A DNA stretch of 63,164 nucleotides, filler included, from Candidatus Fermentibacterota bacterium (lineage in GTDB: Bacteria; JAFGKV01), in the NCBI GenBank assembly GCA_016928395.1. It is 7 parts of 7 records of this genome, joined end to end, with 100 filler letters (N's around TTAATTAATTAA, not from the genome) between each part and the next. Parts side by side here need not be neighbours in the genome. Positions count along the whole stretch, not along the records: positions 1 to 6,488 come from JAFGKV010000140.1; positions 6,589 to 11,887 come from JAFGKV010000141.1; 5 more parts are not named here. One strand, 5' to 3'. The position numbers and the translations under genes were made by a program. The notes beneath the pieces are model-generated. The model made no database searches. It was not told the DNA's origin and saw nothing but the letters and a program-made list of their open reading frames with translations. Positions 1 to 9,586 of this stretch are shown here, one piece after another (the stretch's first letter is position 1; each line of letters begins with the position of its first letter).

Positions 1-88
1 TGACAGTCGACGAGCAGGGCCGAACATGTGGCGCTCGGGTCTCCATTGGGGAGGCCTACTGTGTCTTTGACCCGAAGAGGAGAGTGTC

Positions 89-970
89 ATGAGAACCGCA
101 GTGACCTTTGTCGCGGTGGGACTGATGGTCGGCATCGCGTCGGCCCAGGACCAGGGCATCACCAGCGAACGCCACCGGGAGAATGTGGGGCGGATCGTCT
201 GGGCTAAGGAGCGCATCGCGTTCAATGCCCAGGACCGCATTCCGCTGGCAACTGAATTCGAGGCGGGTGAGCCGATCTATGGCCGGGTGTATTTGGCGAA
301 ATCCCTCGTGCGACTGGGCGCAGAGGAGAACGGTGGGACGTGTCCGAACGAGGCGAGCCACTATCGGATCAAGGTGACTATCAATGGCGAACCGAAAGGG
401 GTTCTCAATGAGCAGTGGTTCGAGTCGCCGACGTGGACCACGGTGCAGGTCACTCCGATGCTTGTCCCCGGTGATGAGGGCGACCGGCAGAATCGTGGCA
501 TTGGCGCAAAGTGGATGGAACTGATCAAGGACCTTCCGGATGGTGACCATGCCGTCATGTTCGAGTTCTGGGGCGGGCCCGAGGCCTGTGAGACGAGGTT
601 CGCCGAGGGAGGCTTCACCCTGAAGAAGAAGGGGGCCGTGAAAGCCGCCGTCGGTCTGTTGCCGGAGTCGAAGATGACCGATACAAAGCTGGAGCAGGAG
701 ATGATCCAGGCAGTCAAGGATCAGGGATGGACGAATGAGCACCCTGTCAACGTCGTGATCATAGAGCCCGAGTGGCGGATCATCCGCGATCTGCTGGGGA
801 CCATCATCCGCCGTGAGATCAATACGCATGTAGTGCTCAAGAAGGAGGCCGATGGTTCCTGTAGAGCCAATGACATCTCCTTCACCCAGCAGTACGTCGG
901 TGACGGGAAGTATGGCAAGACAGAGTTCTATGGCCTCGGCCTACGGAGCTACCCCGTGGCCTGTCCATAA
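89..970 (+). CDS. Secreted hypothetical protein (293 aa)
   Basis: Long ORF with AGGAG RBS and N-terminal signal peptide (MRTAVTFVAVGLMVGIASA|QD). No family recognised. Confidence 0.8.
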   Translation: MRTAVTFVAVGLMVGIASAQDQGITSERHRENVGRIVWAKERIAFNAQDRIPLATEFEAGEPIYGRVYLAKSLVRLGAEENGGTCPNEASHYRIKVTINGEPKGVLNEQWFESPTWTTVQVTPMLVPGDEGDRQNRGIGAKWMELIKDLPDGDHAVMFEFWGGPEACETRFAEGGFTLKKKGAVKAAVGLLPESKMTDTKLEQEMIQAVKDQGWTNEHPVNVVIIEPEWRIIRDLLGTIIRREINTHVVLKKEADGSCRANDISFTQQYVGDGKYGKTEFYGLGLRSYPVACP

Positions 971-999
971 GGTGATCGGAGGCCTGGGAGCCTGAAGAG

Positions 1000-1042
1000 C
1001 GCGGAGTGCAACCCGGCATGGGGCGCACTCCGCGTCTGTTTT
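1000..1042 (+). terminator. Probable intrinsic terminator between convergent genes
   Basis: 10-bp stem CGCGGAGTGC (1000-1009) / GCACTCCGCG (1025-1034), followed by TCTGTTTT. Confidence 0.6.
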
Positions 1043-1199
1043 CGCCTCAGCGGCTCGCCACAGGTTCCCGGCAGACTGCCAGGCTATTCCATGGCGGGGC
1101 CACCGCCGCGCCTGCCATCCCAGCTTGCGGGATGAGGCGCTCGCGAAAGCCCCGGTTCCTTCCGGAGTTCTGTGAAGCCGTAGTCTCGCCCGATGGGAG

Positions 1200-2519
1200 T
1201 CAATGCGCCCCTCCGTGGCGGCAGACCATTCTGCGTTTCGCACCCACGCCGGGATGGTCGAAGTAGTAGAAGGAGCTGAACACATCTACATGCTGTTGCA
1301 CCATGACCGTGGTCTCGCGGTCCAGCGGTACGGCGCTGAGATCCGGCACGAGGCCCAGATCGAAGCGGCGCAGGGATGCGAACTCCCGTGTGAGGGGCGC
1401 GGAAGGCAGCGCCGAAAGCAGGTGCATGGGCGTAACGGCCCCGAGACTTCGCAGCGCGGCGGCCAGAGACAGCGTTTCGGCCAGATCGTGAAGCGATTCG
1501 AAGGGGAATCCCCAGACAAAGCTGGCCGTGATTGGGTCGAACCGCCCCTGGAGCACGGCAACCCGGTCGACGATCTCCCCCGCGGGAAGTCCTCGCTTGC
1601 CAATCCGCGACAGCACGCCATCTGCACCGGACTCAATTCCCAGGAATACTCCCGTGCACCCACCCTCGGACAGCGCCGACACCCAGCCCCTCTCCAGGCG
1701 CTCCACCCGCGTGGAGCATGTCCATCGGGCGCCGGACTCGGCCAGCAGACCCACGAGCCGGTCAGCCCGGGCTCGGTCGATCCCGAAGGTGTCATCCACG
1801 AAGCCGAACTCGCACCGCCCAGCCTGCCGTGCCATGGCGCGGACGGTGTCGGCGACCCGCTCCGGAAGGTAATGACGGACCTCGTGGCCCCAGAAGGCGC
1901 TGGTCTCGCAGAAGGCGCAGGAGAAAGGGCAGCCCCTGCTCAGCTCCAGCGGTACCGCCCCATTGTACCGCGCCAAGTCGATCCGCCCGAATGCCGGTGG
2001 TGGTAAGGTGTCGAGGTCGGCGATCCTGGGCCGGATGGGCGTGCACTTGATTCCCAGGGAAGAGGGAATGACAATGCCGGCGATGGCGTTCAGATCCTTG
2101 CCGGCCTGTATCGCGCGCACCAGCTCGGGGAGCGCTTCCTCTCCCTCACCCCGCACAACAATGTCGGCGACAGGGTACGCCCCCAGCAACGCCTCGGCAA
2201 CCGACGCAGGGCCGGGGCCGCCCAGTATCACCGTCTTCTCGGGGAACCTCGTCTTGATCTCACTCAGGGCCCGCACCAGGTGAGGAAGCACATTGACCAT
2301 GGCGCCGATGCCGATGATGCCCGCCGAGTCGTCGGTGATGAAGCGTACAAGCCCCTCCGGCTCGAAGGGCGGGCCGTCCACCAGCTGGTAGTCGCGGAAC
2401 TCGGCGCGGACTCCGGCAGCCTCCAAGGCCGCCAGGAGGCACATGCATCCCAACGGTGGAGACACCACGGGCGCCGGCCCCTGGAGGTGAACCAACGTGA
2501 TGTCAGGCTGCGTGCGCAT
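1200..2519 (-). CDS. B12-binding domain radical SAM protein
   Basis: N-terminal cobalamin-binding region (PPLG.., VILGGPGP, DIVVRGEGE) and the CxxxCxxC motif SRGCPFSCAFC, plus FVDDTF and GIESG motifs. Start chosen at MRTQP; could be 2552. Confidence 0.85.
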   Translation of the reverse strand: MRTQPDITLVHLQGPAPVVSPPLGCMCLLAALEAAGVRAEFRDYQLVDGPPFEPEGLVRFITDDSAGIIGIGAMVNVLPHLVRALSEIKTRFPEKTVILGGPGPASVAEALLGAYPVADIVVRGEGEEALPELVRAIQAGKDLNAIAGIVIPSSLGIKCTPIRPRIADLDTLPPPAFGRIDLARYNGAVPLELSRGCPFSCAFCETSAFWGHEVRHYLPERVADTVRAMARQAGRCEFGFVDDTFGIDRARADRLVGLLAESGARWTCSTRVERLERGWVSALSEGGCTGVFLGIESGADGVLSRIGKRGLPAGEIVDRVAVLQGRFDPITASFVWGFPFESLHDLAETLSLAAALRSLGAVTPMHLLSALPSAPLTREFASLRRFDLGLVPDLSAVPLDRETTVMVQQHVDVFSSFYYFDHPGVGAKRRMVCRHGGAH

Positions 2520-2623
2520 CGCTCTCGCCACGACGCCGTGCGAGCAGTTCACGGTTCACGGGCTAGGGTTCACAGTCGGCCCCTATCCGTGTACCGCTCG
2601 GACTATCCATCCTTCCCCCGTCC

Positions 2624-5600
2624 CTATCCATAGCTGTGAAGGCCAGGGAGAAGATATGTGACGCCCAGAAAGGTGAACAGCAGGGCGGCAAGGCCGACTA
2701 GCACGAGAGCGGCCCAGCCCCGCGATCCACCGAACCCCCCGGACCGGGCGTGGAGTGCCGCGACGAACACCAGCCACGCAACCAAAGCCCAGACTTCCTT
2801 GGGATCCCACCCCCAGTATCTTCCCCAGGCTTCGTAGGCCCATGCTGCGCCGGTGGCGATGCCGATGCCGAGCAGCAGCGTGCCCGCCAGGAGTATGCGA
2901 TGGGCCATGCGCTGGATGTCGTGGGCGCGGGGGCGAGCCAACAGAACGACGCAGAGGCCGGCAGCGAGGAACAGAAAGGCATAGGAGACCATGGTCGAGA
3001 GGATATGCACCTCGCGCCACGGGCTCTGCAAAATGGCAATCGGCGGCCGCACAATCTGCCCCGCAGCCGGAAGAAAGCGGTGCCCCACGGCTCCCGCCAG
3101 GGTCAACACCATAGCTGCAGTGCTCACATGGTGCAGGCCGGTGCGCCAATGGATCGCCACACCGAGGATGGGTATCAGGACAAGCACGAGCGAATATACT
3201 TCCCATGAGTTCATCAAAGGGAGTCGGCCGGCGAAGGCGATCCACCATCCCATGGTTGTGGCCTGCACGACGGTGACCACCGCGATGGGAACCAAGGCCC
3301 AACGCTTCAGACGCGCCAGGGCTGTCACTACTGACGCGTGCACAAGGCACCCTGCCGCGATCCACCAGAGCGCCAGCCGCGGAGGGTCAAGGCGCCGCCA
3401 CGCGACCTCTAGAGCCACTGCGGCCGGTGAGGGAAGCGCCGTTTCCAGGCGGGCACGCTGCTCACGGACCAAGGCCTGCGCCTTTGCCCGGGCCTCAGCC
3501 ATCCTACCGTCACGATAGTGCTCGCCACATTCGGCCCACAGGGTCCTCGCCCAGTCAGGGCAATCCGACTGCGTGGGCGGCACCCACCAGCCATCGCCGC
3601 CGCCCGGCGCCACAGCGATGAGTTCGGCCAACCGTGTGAGCCGGTCCGCGCGTTGCAGCAGCAGGCGGGCAGTCGCCGCCATAGGATCCGAGCGATCCGA
3701 TGCGGTGCTCTCCAGCCTGCTCCTCACCTGGTCAAGCTCGTCGAGGCGAATCCACTCTCCCTCTGATGTCGGGATTGATTCCAGCGCCCCTCCGGTCTTC
3801 AGCAGCGTTTCCCCTTTCCACCTGACCGGGTTCAGCGCCAGCGCCACGAATCCATCGAGGGGATGTCCCGGCAGATCGACTTCCAACTCGATCTCCACGT
3901 CCCGAGCCAGGGTCTCCAGAGGCTTCATCCGCCCTCCCTCGCTGACGACGAGGTACCCCAGCGGCACTGCCGGCGGGTCGGCCATGGTCGGCGCCGCCAG
4001 CATCAACATCACCACTATCGTGGCGGAGCCACTGATCCGTTTCCCGAGATGAAAGAGGAGCCCGATGGTGAGCGCCACGACGCCGATGAATGCCAGCGGT
4101 GCTCCAGGATCACGGGTGATCTGCAGGCCCGACCATGTCGTGCCTTCCTCCGAGCCGAACTCGCTTTGGTAGATCAGCCACCCTCCATGGCGGGCAGGCC
4201 TATTTGTCTGTAGGGTGAGGGGCGAGGTAGACGGATCAGGTGTGACGCCGACACGAATCGTCGATTCGAATACCCGCGGGATAGCGCTGTTGGGGTAGTC
4301 ATCTCGTCGCGCCTGGTCCAGGGCAATCCAGAACGGCAGGTGCGCTGTTCCGGTGAGGGTCAGGGCGTGGGGCGAGCCGTCACTGCCCGGCATCACCACC
4401 TCGGGACCGTCCTCGATAAGCCAGACCGGCTCGTCGAAGCCATCGAAGGAAATCTCTACCGCCGCGGGGGCATCGGACGACTCCGGCGCGGGTTCGACCC
4501 GGGGAACCACCTCTCCGCGCACCAGAAGGCGCTCTACGATAAGCGGGATCCGCAGCGACGGGGTCGGGCTGACGAAAAAGGTGTCCCCTTCGGCGAATCC
4601 GCCTTCGGCCACCGTCTCGCCTGCTGCACACCGGTATCGCCACGCCCCCTCGTCGTGGAACAGATACAAGGCATCATCGGCCGTCGGCATCAGGAACTCG
4701 ATCCCATCGAGGCCAGGCGTACGGGGCCGGGCGAACCCGGGGAATCTGCTGAACACCCAGAGCGTCTCTGGCGGCGCTTCGGCGGCCTGGATGGCCAGCC
4801 GGACCGCGGGGTTGACCGGGGGCCCATCTGCCCGTGAGGCCCCCACCTTGAAGTCTGCAGCATAGTCAAGGACGGCCACGACAAGATCACCGACGGTGCT
4901 CCTCTCGCCTATGTCGGCAGGGATGTCGAGAGGATGCTCGATGCGGCCGCCACCTGTCTCCAAGACTATGCGTGGCTGGCAGAGTAGGCTCTCCGGTACG
5001 CCAAGCACCACCCGCATATGACCTATCTCGGCGTCGTCTGCCCATCCCTCGGCCAACACCAGTTCATGGGAGCCGTGGGGTGTGGCAAGATGCAGGCGTA
5101 CCGCGGGGCGGGCCATCGCATCATCCCTTGGCCGAACCTCAGGACGAATCCGGGCGGCGGGGAGAAAACGAACGAGTCGGCCCGTGCCCACTTCCGGGAT
5201 CGTATATGTGGTGCCCTCTCTGGCGCCGCGGCGAAGGCGTGTGCGAGCAATGACCCGGTCCTCCTGCCCGACCTCGATCCACAATCGCTCGGGAACCTGC
5301 ATCACATTCGTCTGCTCTCCTTCTGCAAGATACACCATGCCCCGTTCCGCACCCCTCGAGGAGAGCAACGCGCCGATGAGCAGAAGACCAAGCCCACAGT
5401 GGGCAAAGAGTAAGGCCGGTGACCGAAGCCGCCGTCGTCGGGCTACGCAGGCCACGAGGATGACGAAGAGAAGGGCGAGAAGCCCGAATAGCCACCACGA
5501 ACCGTAGAGATGGTACGTGGCGCCCGCGGTGCTCGCGCCGTCCCGCGCTTCCCGCAGCGTGATCAAGCCCAGCACTGCGGCGATGCACAGCAGGAGAACG

Positions 5601-5635
5601 GTAGTTGTCTTCAGTGAGGTGATGAGACGCAGCAT
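2624..5635 (-). CDS. ccsA: Fused system II cytochrome c biogenesis protein (ResB/CcsB plus ResC/CcsA)
   Basis: C-terminal WWD motif GAAWAYEAWGRYWGWDPKEVW and terminal GLHSY. N-terminal ResB-like TM segments and large periplasmic domain. Confidence 0.9.
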   Translation of the reverse strand: MLRLITSLKTTTVLLLCIAAVLGLITLREARDGASTAGATYHLYGSWWLFGLLALLFVILVACVARRRRLRSPALLFAHCGLGLLLIGALLSSRGAERGMVYLAEGEQTNVMQVPERLWIEVGQEDRVIARTRLRRGAREGTTYTIPEVGTGRLVRFLPAARIRPEVRPRDDAMARPAVRLHLATPHGSHELVLAEGWADDAEIGHMRVVLGVPESLLCQPRIVLETGGGRIEHPLDIPADIGERSTVGDLVVAVLDYAADFKVGASRADGPPVNPAVRLAIQAAEAPPETLWVFSRFPGFARPRTPGLDGIEFLMPTADDALYLFHDEGAWRYRCAAGETVAEGGFAEGDTFFVSPTPSLRIPLIVERLLVRGEVVPRVEPAPESSDAPAAVEISFDGFDEPVWLIEDGPEVVMPGSDGSPHALTLTGTAHLPFWIALDQARRDDYPNSAIPRVFESTIRVGVTPDPSTSPLTLQTNRPARHGGWLIYQSEFGSEEGTTWSGLQITRDPGAPLAFIGVVALTIGLLFHLGKRISGSATIVVMLMLAAPTMADPPAVPLGYLVVSEGGRMKPLETLARDVEIELEVDLPGHPLDGFVALALNPVRWKGETLLKTGGALESIPTSEGEWIRLDELDQVRSRLESTASDRSDPMAATARLLLQRADRLTRLAELIAVAPGGGDGWWVPPTQSDCPDWARTLWAECGEHYRDGRMAEARAKAQALVREQRARLETALPSPAAVALEVAWRRLDPPRLALWWIAAGCLVHASVVTALARLKRWALVPIAVVTVVQATTMGWWIAFAGRLPLMNSWEVYSLVLVLIPILGVAIHWRTGLHHVSTAAMVLTLAGAVGHRFLPAAGQIVRPPIAILQSPWREVHILSTMVSYAFLFLAAGLCVVLLARPRAHDIQRMAHRILLAGTLLLGIGIATGAAWAYEAWGRYWGWDPKEVWALVAWLVFVAALHARSGGFGGSRGWAALVLVGLAALLFTFLGVTYLLPGLHSYG

Positions 5636-5660
5636 GGCTGGTGCTCGCAGTGCACAGGGT

Positions 5661-5716
5661 TCAGCACAGCCTCTGAGGGCATGCGTACTCAGGTTTCCCG
5701 GGTGAAAAGTGCGGTG
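5661..5716 (-). repeat. Dispersed ~58-bp intergenic repeat, copy 1
   Basis: Reverse complement CCGCACTTTTCACCCGGGAAACCTGAGTACGCATGCCCTCAGAGGCTGTGCTGA aligns with 6619-6677 and 15181-15239. Confidence 0.6.
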
Positions 5717-5883
5717 TTGTAGCCGCGCCGCTCTGGGTCATTCGGCCCGCGCAGAACGCCGGGGCTACCGCTGGAGCGACTCTCCGGCCGAATCCCGCTG
5801 CCCATGTAGTCTCACACGAGGGTTCAGGCCAGGGCCCGCTAGTGGTTCGCGGTTGACGGCGAGCAGTTGCTCCAGACCACCCC

Positions 5884-5927
5884 ATCCAATCATCCATCGT
5901 TCCACCATTCCACTCTTCCATCATCCC
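5884..5927. repeat. Degenerate 8-bp-period tandem repeat
   Basis: ATCCAATC-ATCCATCG-TTCCACCA-TTCCACTC-TTCCATCA, just downstream of the glucokinase stop. Confidence 0.6.
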
Positions 5928-5933
5928 GCCGCC

Positions 5934-6488
5934 TCACTCTCCCTCCACACCGCGGCGGATCGCGCCGATGAGTCCTATTCTCGGGTTGGTCACGACGTGG
6001 ACAGGGATGCGATCCACCAGCGCCCCGAACTGACCCTTGTCGCAGAATGCCGCACGGAACTCATCCCGTTCCAACAGGGAAAGCACACGGCGCGGCATCC
6101 CTCCCGCCAAATAGACGCCGCCGGTCGCAAGCACCTTGAGTGCGAGGTTTCCCGCCTCGGCCGCCAGGACCGATACAAACACCTCCAGGGCCGCATGGCA
6201 GGTGGGGCACTGCACATCATGCCCGAAGGCCGCCTCCACTATCACCGGCGTGGGCTCGTCGCTAACAGCCACCCGCGCCGCGACAACCGGGTCGGCATCC
6301 ATTCCGACGACCTCCCGCATGAAGCGGTAAAGATCTGGAATCGCCATGCCAGAGCACACGCGTTCGTAGCTCACGTGCCCGTACCGAGCGCCCAACCACT
6401 GCAGCAGACTCCCCTCCCGGGCGTTCCGTGGAGCAAAGTCAACGTGACCGCCTTCGGAAGGATAGGCACGATACCTTGTGCCGGTCCA
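5934..6488 (-). CDS. glk: Glucokinase, 5'-truncated at contig end
   Basis: SEGGHVDFAP, HVSYERVCSG, EAGNLALKVLATGGVYLAGG and AFCDKG motifs. Frame is open to the gap. Confidence 0.9.
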   Translation of the reverse strand, partial: WTGTRYRAYPSEGGHVDFAPRNAREGSLLQWLGARYGHVSYERVCSGMAIPDLYRFMREVVGMDADPVVAARVAVSDEPTPVIVEAAFGHDVQCPTCHAALEVFVSVLAAEAGNLALKVLATGGVYLAGGMPRRVLSLLERDEFRAAFCDKGQFGALVDRIPVHVVTNPRIGLIGAIRRGVEGE

Positions 6489-6588
6489 NNNNNNNNNNNN
6501 NNNNNNNNNNNNNNNNNNNNNNNNNNNNNNNNTTAATTAATTAANNNNNNNNNNNNNNNNNNNNNNNNNNNNNNNNNNNNNNNNNNNN
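6489..6588. other. Artificial contig linker
   Basis: N44-TTAATTAATTAA-N44, giving stops in all six frames. Confidence 0.98.
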
Positions 6589-6618
6589 AAAAGCCGCGGC
6601 ACCGCGCACGTACGATGC

Positions 6619-6710
6619 GCCGTATTCTCAACCCCGAAGAACCTGAGTGCGCTCCTCGCCCTCAGAGGCCTTACTGAGCCCTGAATCCTGAACCCTGAAT
6701 CCTGAACCCC
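6619..6710 (+). repeat. Dispersed ~58-bp repeat (copy 2) followed by a CTGAA(T/C)C heptamer tandem
   Basis: GCCGTATTCTCAACCCCGAAGAACCTGAGTGCG...CCCTCAGAGGCCTTACTGA, then CTGAATC-CTGAACC-CTGAATC-CTGAACC. Confidence 0.6.
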
Positions 6711-6730
6711 ATACCCAAAAGGAGACCATC

Positions 6731-7579
6731 GTGAGAGCACTACTCTGCATCATCCTGCTTACGGGCACGGCATTTGCCCAGCAAGCCGCCGATTTGCTGC
6801 CAGAGGACAACCAGATACCCGGATGGGTCAAAGACGGAGAGCCCCAGACCGCACAGACCCCCGAAGAGCTGTACGGACTCATTAACGGAGCGGCCACGCC
6901 CTACTTGGAGAACGGATTCGTGGAGTGCGTCTTCCAAAACTACACTGGCCTCGTCGCCGGCGAGCCGACATTCCTTGAGGCCCAGGTCTTTGACCAGGGG
7001 ACTCAGGAGAATGCCCATGCCGTGTTCGTACTGACGGCAACGGGCCTGGAAACAGCCTGGGACGGCGCCGGTGACGAAGCGCGCATCAACTACATGCTCC
7101 CCTTCAACTTCACCTTGGAGTTCTACCGAAATCGATTCTTCGTACGCCTGAACATCGGCCGGGAAGCAGACTCTCTTCAGGCTCTCCAGGTCATCCAGTC
7201 CTTCGCCTACGCCATGGACGAAGTCGCTGTTCCCGTGGAGCTGCACAGCTTCAACGCCGTTCGTCAGGGGACCCGCTGCGTGGTATCGTGGGTGACCGCC
7301 TCTGAGACCGACTGCTTCGGCTTCGCCGTGCGCCGATCCGGGGTCTGTGACCCTTCCACGGCAGCGGTCATATCCTCCGAATTGATCCGGGGAGAAGGCA
7401 CTTCGGCGGTGCCTCGCCACTATCGTTTCGTGGATGCGTCGCCCCCTGCCGGCCCGGCATTCTATTGGCTTGAGGAATATTCGCTCAGCGGGACCACCAG
7501 GCTCTATGGGCCGGCCCCGATGCTGGATCCGGGGCAGACCTCGTCTTGGGGCCGCATTAAGGCATCATTCTCTTTCTGA
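6731..7579 (+). CDS. Secreted protein: DUF6599-like N-domain, VPVEL-type Ig-like domain, C-terminal SWGRIKA tag
   Basis: AAGGAG RBS with GTG start and signal peptide. LYGLINGAA.PYLENGF motif, then VPVELHSF..WVTASETDCFGF..YWLEE, ending SSWGRIKASFSF. Confidence 0.75.
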   Translation: MRALLCIILLTGTAFAQQAADLLPEDNQIPGWVKDGEPQTAQTPEELYGLINGAATPYLENGFVECVFQNYTGLVAGEPTFLEAQVFDQGTQENAHAVFVLTATGLETAWDGAGDEARINYMLPFNFTLEFYRNRFFVRLNIGREADSLQALQVIQSFAYAMDEVAVPVELHSFNAVRQGTRCVVSWVTASETDCFGFAVRRSGVCDPSTAAVISSELIRGEGTSAVPRHYRFVDASPPAGPAFYWLEEYSLSGTTRLYGPAPMLDPGQTSSWGRIKASFSF

Positions 7580-7627
7580 CAGCGGCGAGGAAAGCAACCC
7601 CGCGTTCACCTGAGGAGCACACTGTAC

Positions 7628-8095
7628 GTGGCCAAGAAGACCGAGGATGGAAGAAAGATCATCGTCTCCAACAGGAGGGCGTTCAGGGACTACCAGATCA
7701 TGGAGAGGATCGAGGCGGGGATCGTGCTGCAGGGAACGGAGGTGAAATCACTGCGGGAGGGCAAAGCATCGCTCGCCGATTCCTACGCTACCGTCGATGG
7801 TGAGGAGGCGTTCCTTCACAACCTGCACATACCTCCCTACGAATGCGGCAACCGCTTCAACCACGAGCCGACACGTACCCGAAAGCTCCTTCTGCACAAG
7901 CGAGAGATCCGCCGGGTTTTGGGTCGATCAACCGAGAAGGGCCTCACGGTGATCCCGCTCTCTCTCTACTTCCTGCGCGGGCGCGTCAAAGTCGAACTGG
8001 CCATCGCCCGAGGAAAACGATCCTACGACAAGCGGGAGGCATTGGCGCGGGAATCGGCCATGCGCGAGATTCAGCGGGAGATGCGTATCCGATGA
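7628..8095 (+). CDS. smpB: SsrA-binding protein SmpB
   Basis: NRRA.., EAGIVLQGTEVKSLR, RKLLLHKREI and GKRSYDKRE motifs. Confidence 0.97.
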   Translation: MAKKTEDGRKIIVSNRRAFRDYQIMERIEAGIVLQGTEVKSLREGKASLADSYATVDGEEAFLHNLHIPPYECGNRFNHEPTRTRKLLLHKREIRRVLGRSTEKGLTVIPLSLYFLRGRVKVELAIARGKRSYDKREALARESAMREIQREMRIR

Positions 8096-9546
8096 GAATC
8101 GTCCCGGTGCTGGCGCTGGCGCTGGCTGCCATGGCCTCAGCAGCCGAATCCCAAGACATTGCCGTGGTCTACTCCGATGGCCGGCCCCCGGTGGCATTGG
8201 CCTCGGTGGTGCGCGACGGCGTGATCTACCATCGCATCAACGAGATCGCCGCCGGGCTGAGCGGTCTGGTGTCGTGGGTTCCGGCCCGCAGACGGGCGGC
8301 AATCATCGCGGGACCAGACTCCATTGCCCTTACCATCGACAGCCGGTTTCTCGTGGTCAATGGGCGCGCCCTCTGCCTCGACCATCCCATCGTGTTCGAT
8401 GAAGGGGCGATCCTGGTGCCCGAGTCATTCGTGCGGGCGGTCCCTTCCCTCTTGACCTCCGTTCGCGCCACCTGGGTGGATTCCCTGGGACAGCTCACGA
8501 TCGAAGGCGTCCCATGCGACGTCACTCTTCTCCGCGTGGTGGAGGATGAGACCTCTGTGCGGTTCGAGATCAGCATCCCGTCCTACGCCACATGGGAGCT
8601 CTCCCCCGTCAGGCATGACTCCGTATCGCTCTTGCTGAACGGCGTCACAGTCTGCCCGTCGGAGTTTGATGGTCTCCTGTCCGATTCATCGTTGGCTTCC
8701 GTTGCCGCGCACCAGGAGCCTGGGCGCGCAGTCATCGTCATGCAGAGAGCGTATCCCTGGGTCGAGGCTCGCTGCACCGCCAGCGGAGGATCCCTGATCC
8801 TCGAGTTGGGCGAGTCGATGGATATCCCTCGCTCGGACAGGCCCATCGGGCGAATCGTCATCGACGCGGGTCATGGCGGATCCGACGCGGGCGCCCGGTC
8901 TCCGGATGGAGCCACGGAGAAGGACGTCACCTTGGCCCTGGCCAAGCTTCTGACCGAGAGCCTGCAAGACCGCGGTCATGATCTCGATGTTTTCCTCTGC
9001 CGGGATGGTGATGTTGACATTCCCGCCACGGTGCGCGTGCAGCGTGCCAATGCCGCAGGAGCCGAGGCGTTCGTGAGCATACACTGCAACTGGTCGTTTG
9101 ATCGATCGTTGTCTGGGCCGCAGGTAGTGTTTCTCCTACCCGCGCTCTCGGGCGGTGCCGGGAGTGTGCGGGCGAGGGAAGGGGTGGTGCTCGCAGGCGA
9201 CATGGCTCCCCACGCACCGTGGCCCGAATCGGGGCCCGGCATGCAGCGGATGTCGGCCTGGGGAACAGTTCACAATCGATGGATTGCAGAGTCTGAGGCC
9301 TTGGCCCATGCCCTCACCGACGCCATGGCCGCGGTTGGCCTTGGGCCGTCGCCTCCCCAGCAGCGTGCGCTGGACACCCTTACCGGTCTTGCCATGCCCG
9401 CGATTCTGGTCGAAGTCGGATACCTGAGCAATCCCATCGAAGCGCGACATCTGCTGACTCTGGAGCACCTGCACACTCTTGCCGGCGCCATGGCCGAGGG
9501 AATCATCGCGTTCGTGGACGACTCGCGGCAGGTTTCCCAGCCGTGA
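8092..9546 (+). CDS. N-acetylmuramoyl-L-alanine amidase (Amidase_3), secreted
   Basis: ATGA overlap with the smpB stop and a signal peptide. IVIDAGHGGSD, EKDVTL, FVSIHCN and MPAILVEVGYLSN motifs. Confidence 0.9.
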   Translation: MRIVPVLALALAAMASAAESQDIAVVYSDGRPPVALASVVRDGVIYHRINEIAAGLSGLVSWVPARRRAAIIAGPDSIALTIDSRFLVVNGRALCLDHPIVFDEGAILVPESFVRAVPSLLTSVRATWVDSLGQLTIEGVPCDVTLLRVVEDETSVRFEISIPSYATWELSPVRHDSVSLLLNGVTVCPSEFDGLLSDSSLASVAAHQEPGRAVIVMQRAYPWVEARCTASGGSLILELGESMDIPRSDRPIGRIVIDAGHGGSDAGARSPDGATEKDVTLALAKLLTESLQDRGHDLDVFLCRDGDVDIPATVRVQRANAAGAEAFVSIHCNWSFDRSLSGPQVVFLLPALSGGAGSVRAREGVVLAGDMAPHAPWPESGPGMQRMSAWGTVHNRWIAESEALAHALTDAMAAVGLGPSPPQQRALDTLTGLAMPAILVEVGYLSNPIEARHLLTLEHLHTLAGAMAEGIIAFVDDSRQVSQP

Positions 9547-9586
9547 CCAGATCCTTCGGCCGCGGCACAGGAAGAGGGTGATCGGC

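Noticed and set aside
6489-6588. TTAATTAATTAA palindrome within N runs (six occurrences)
   Set aside because: Identical 100-bp artificial linker. ORFs running into it and synteny across it are not biological.
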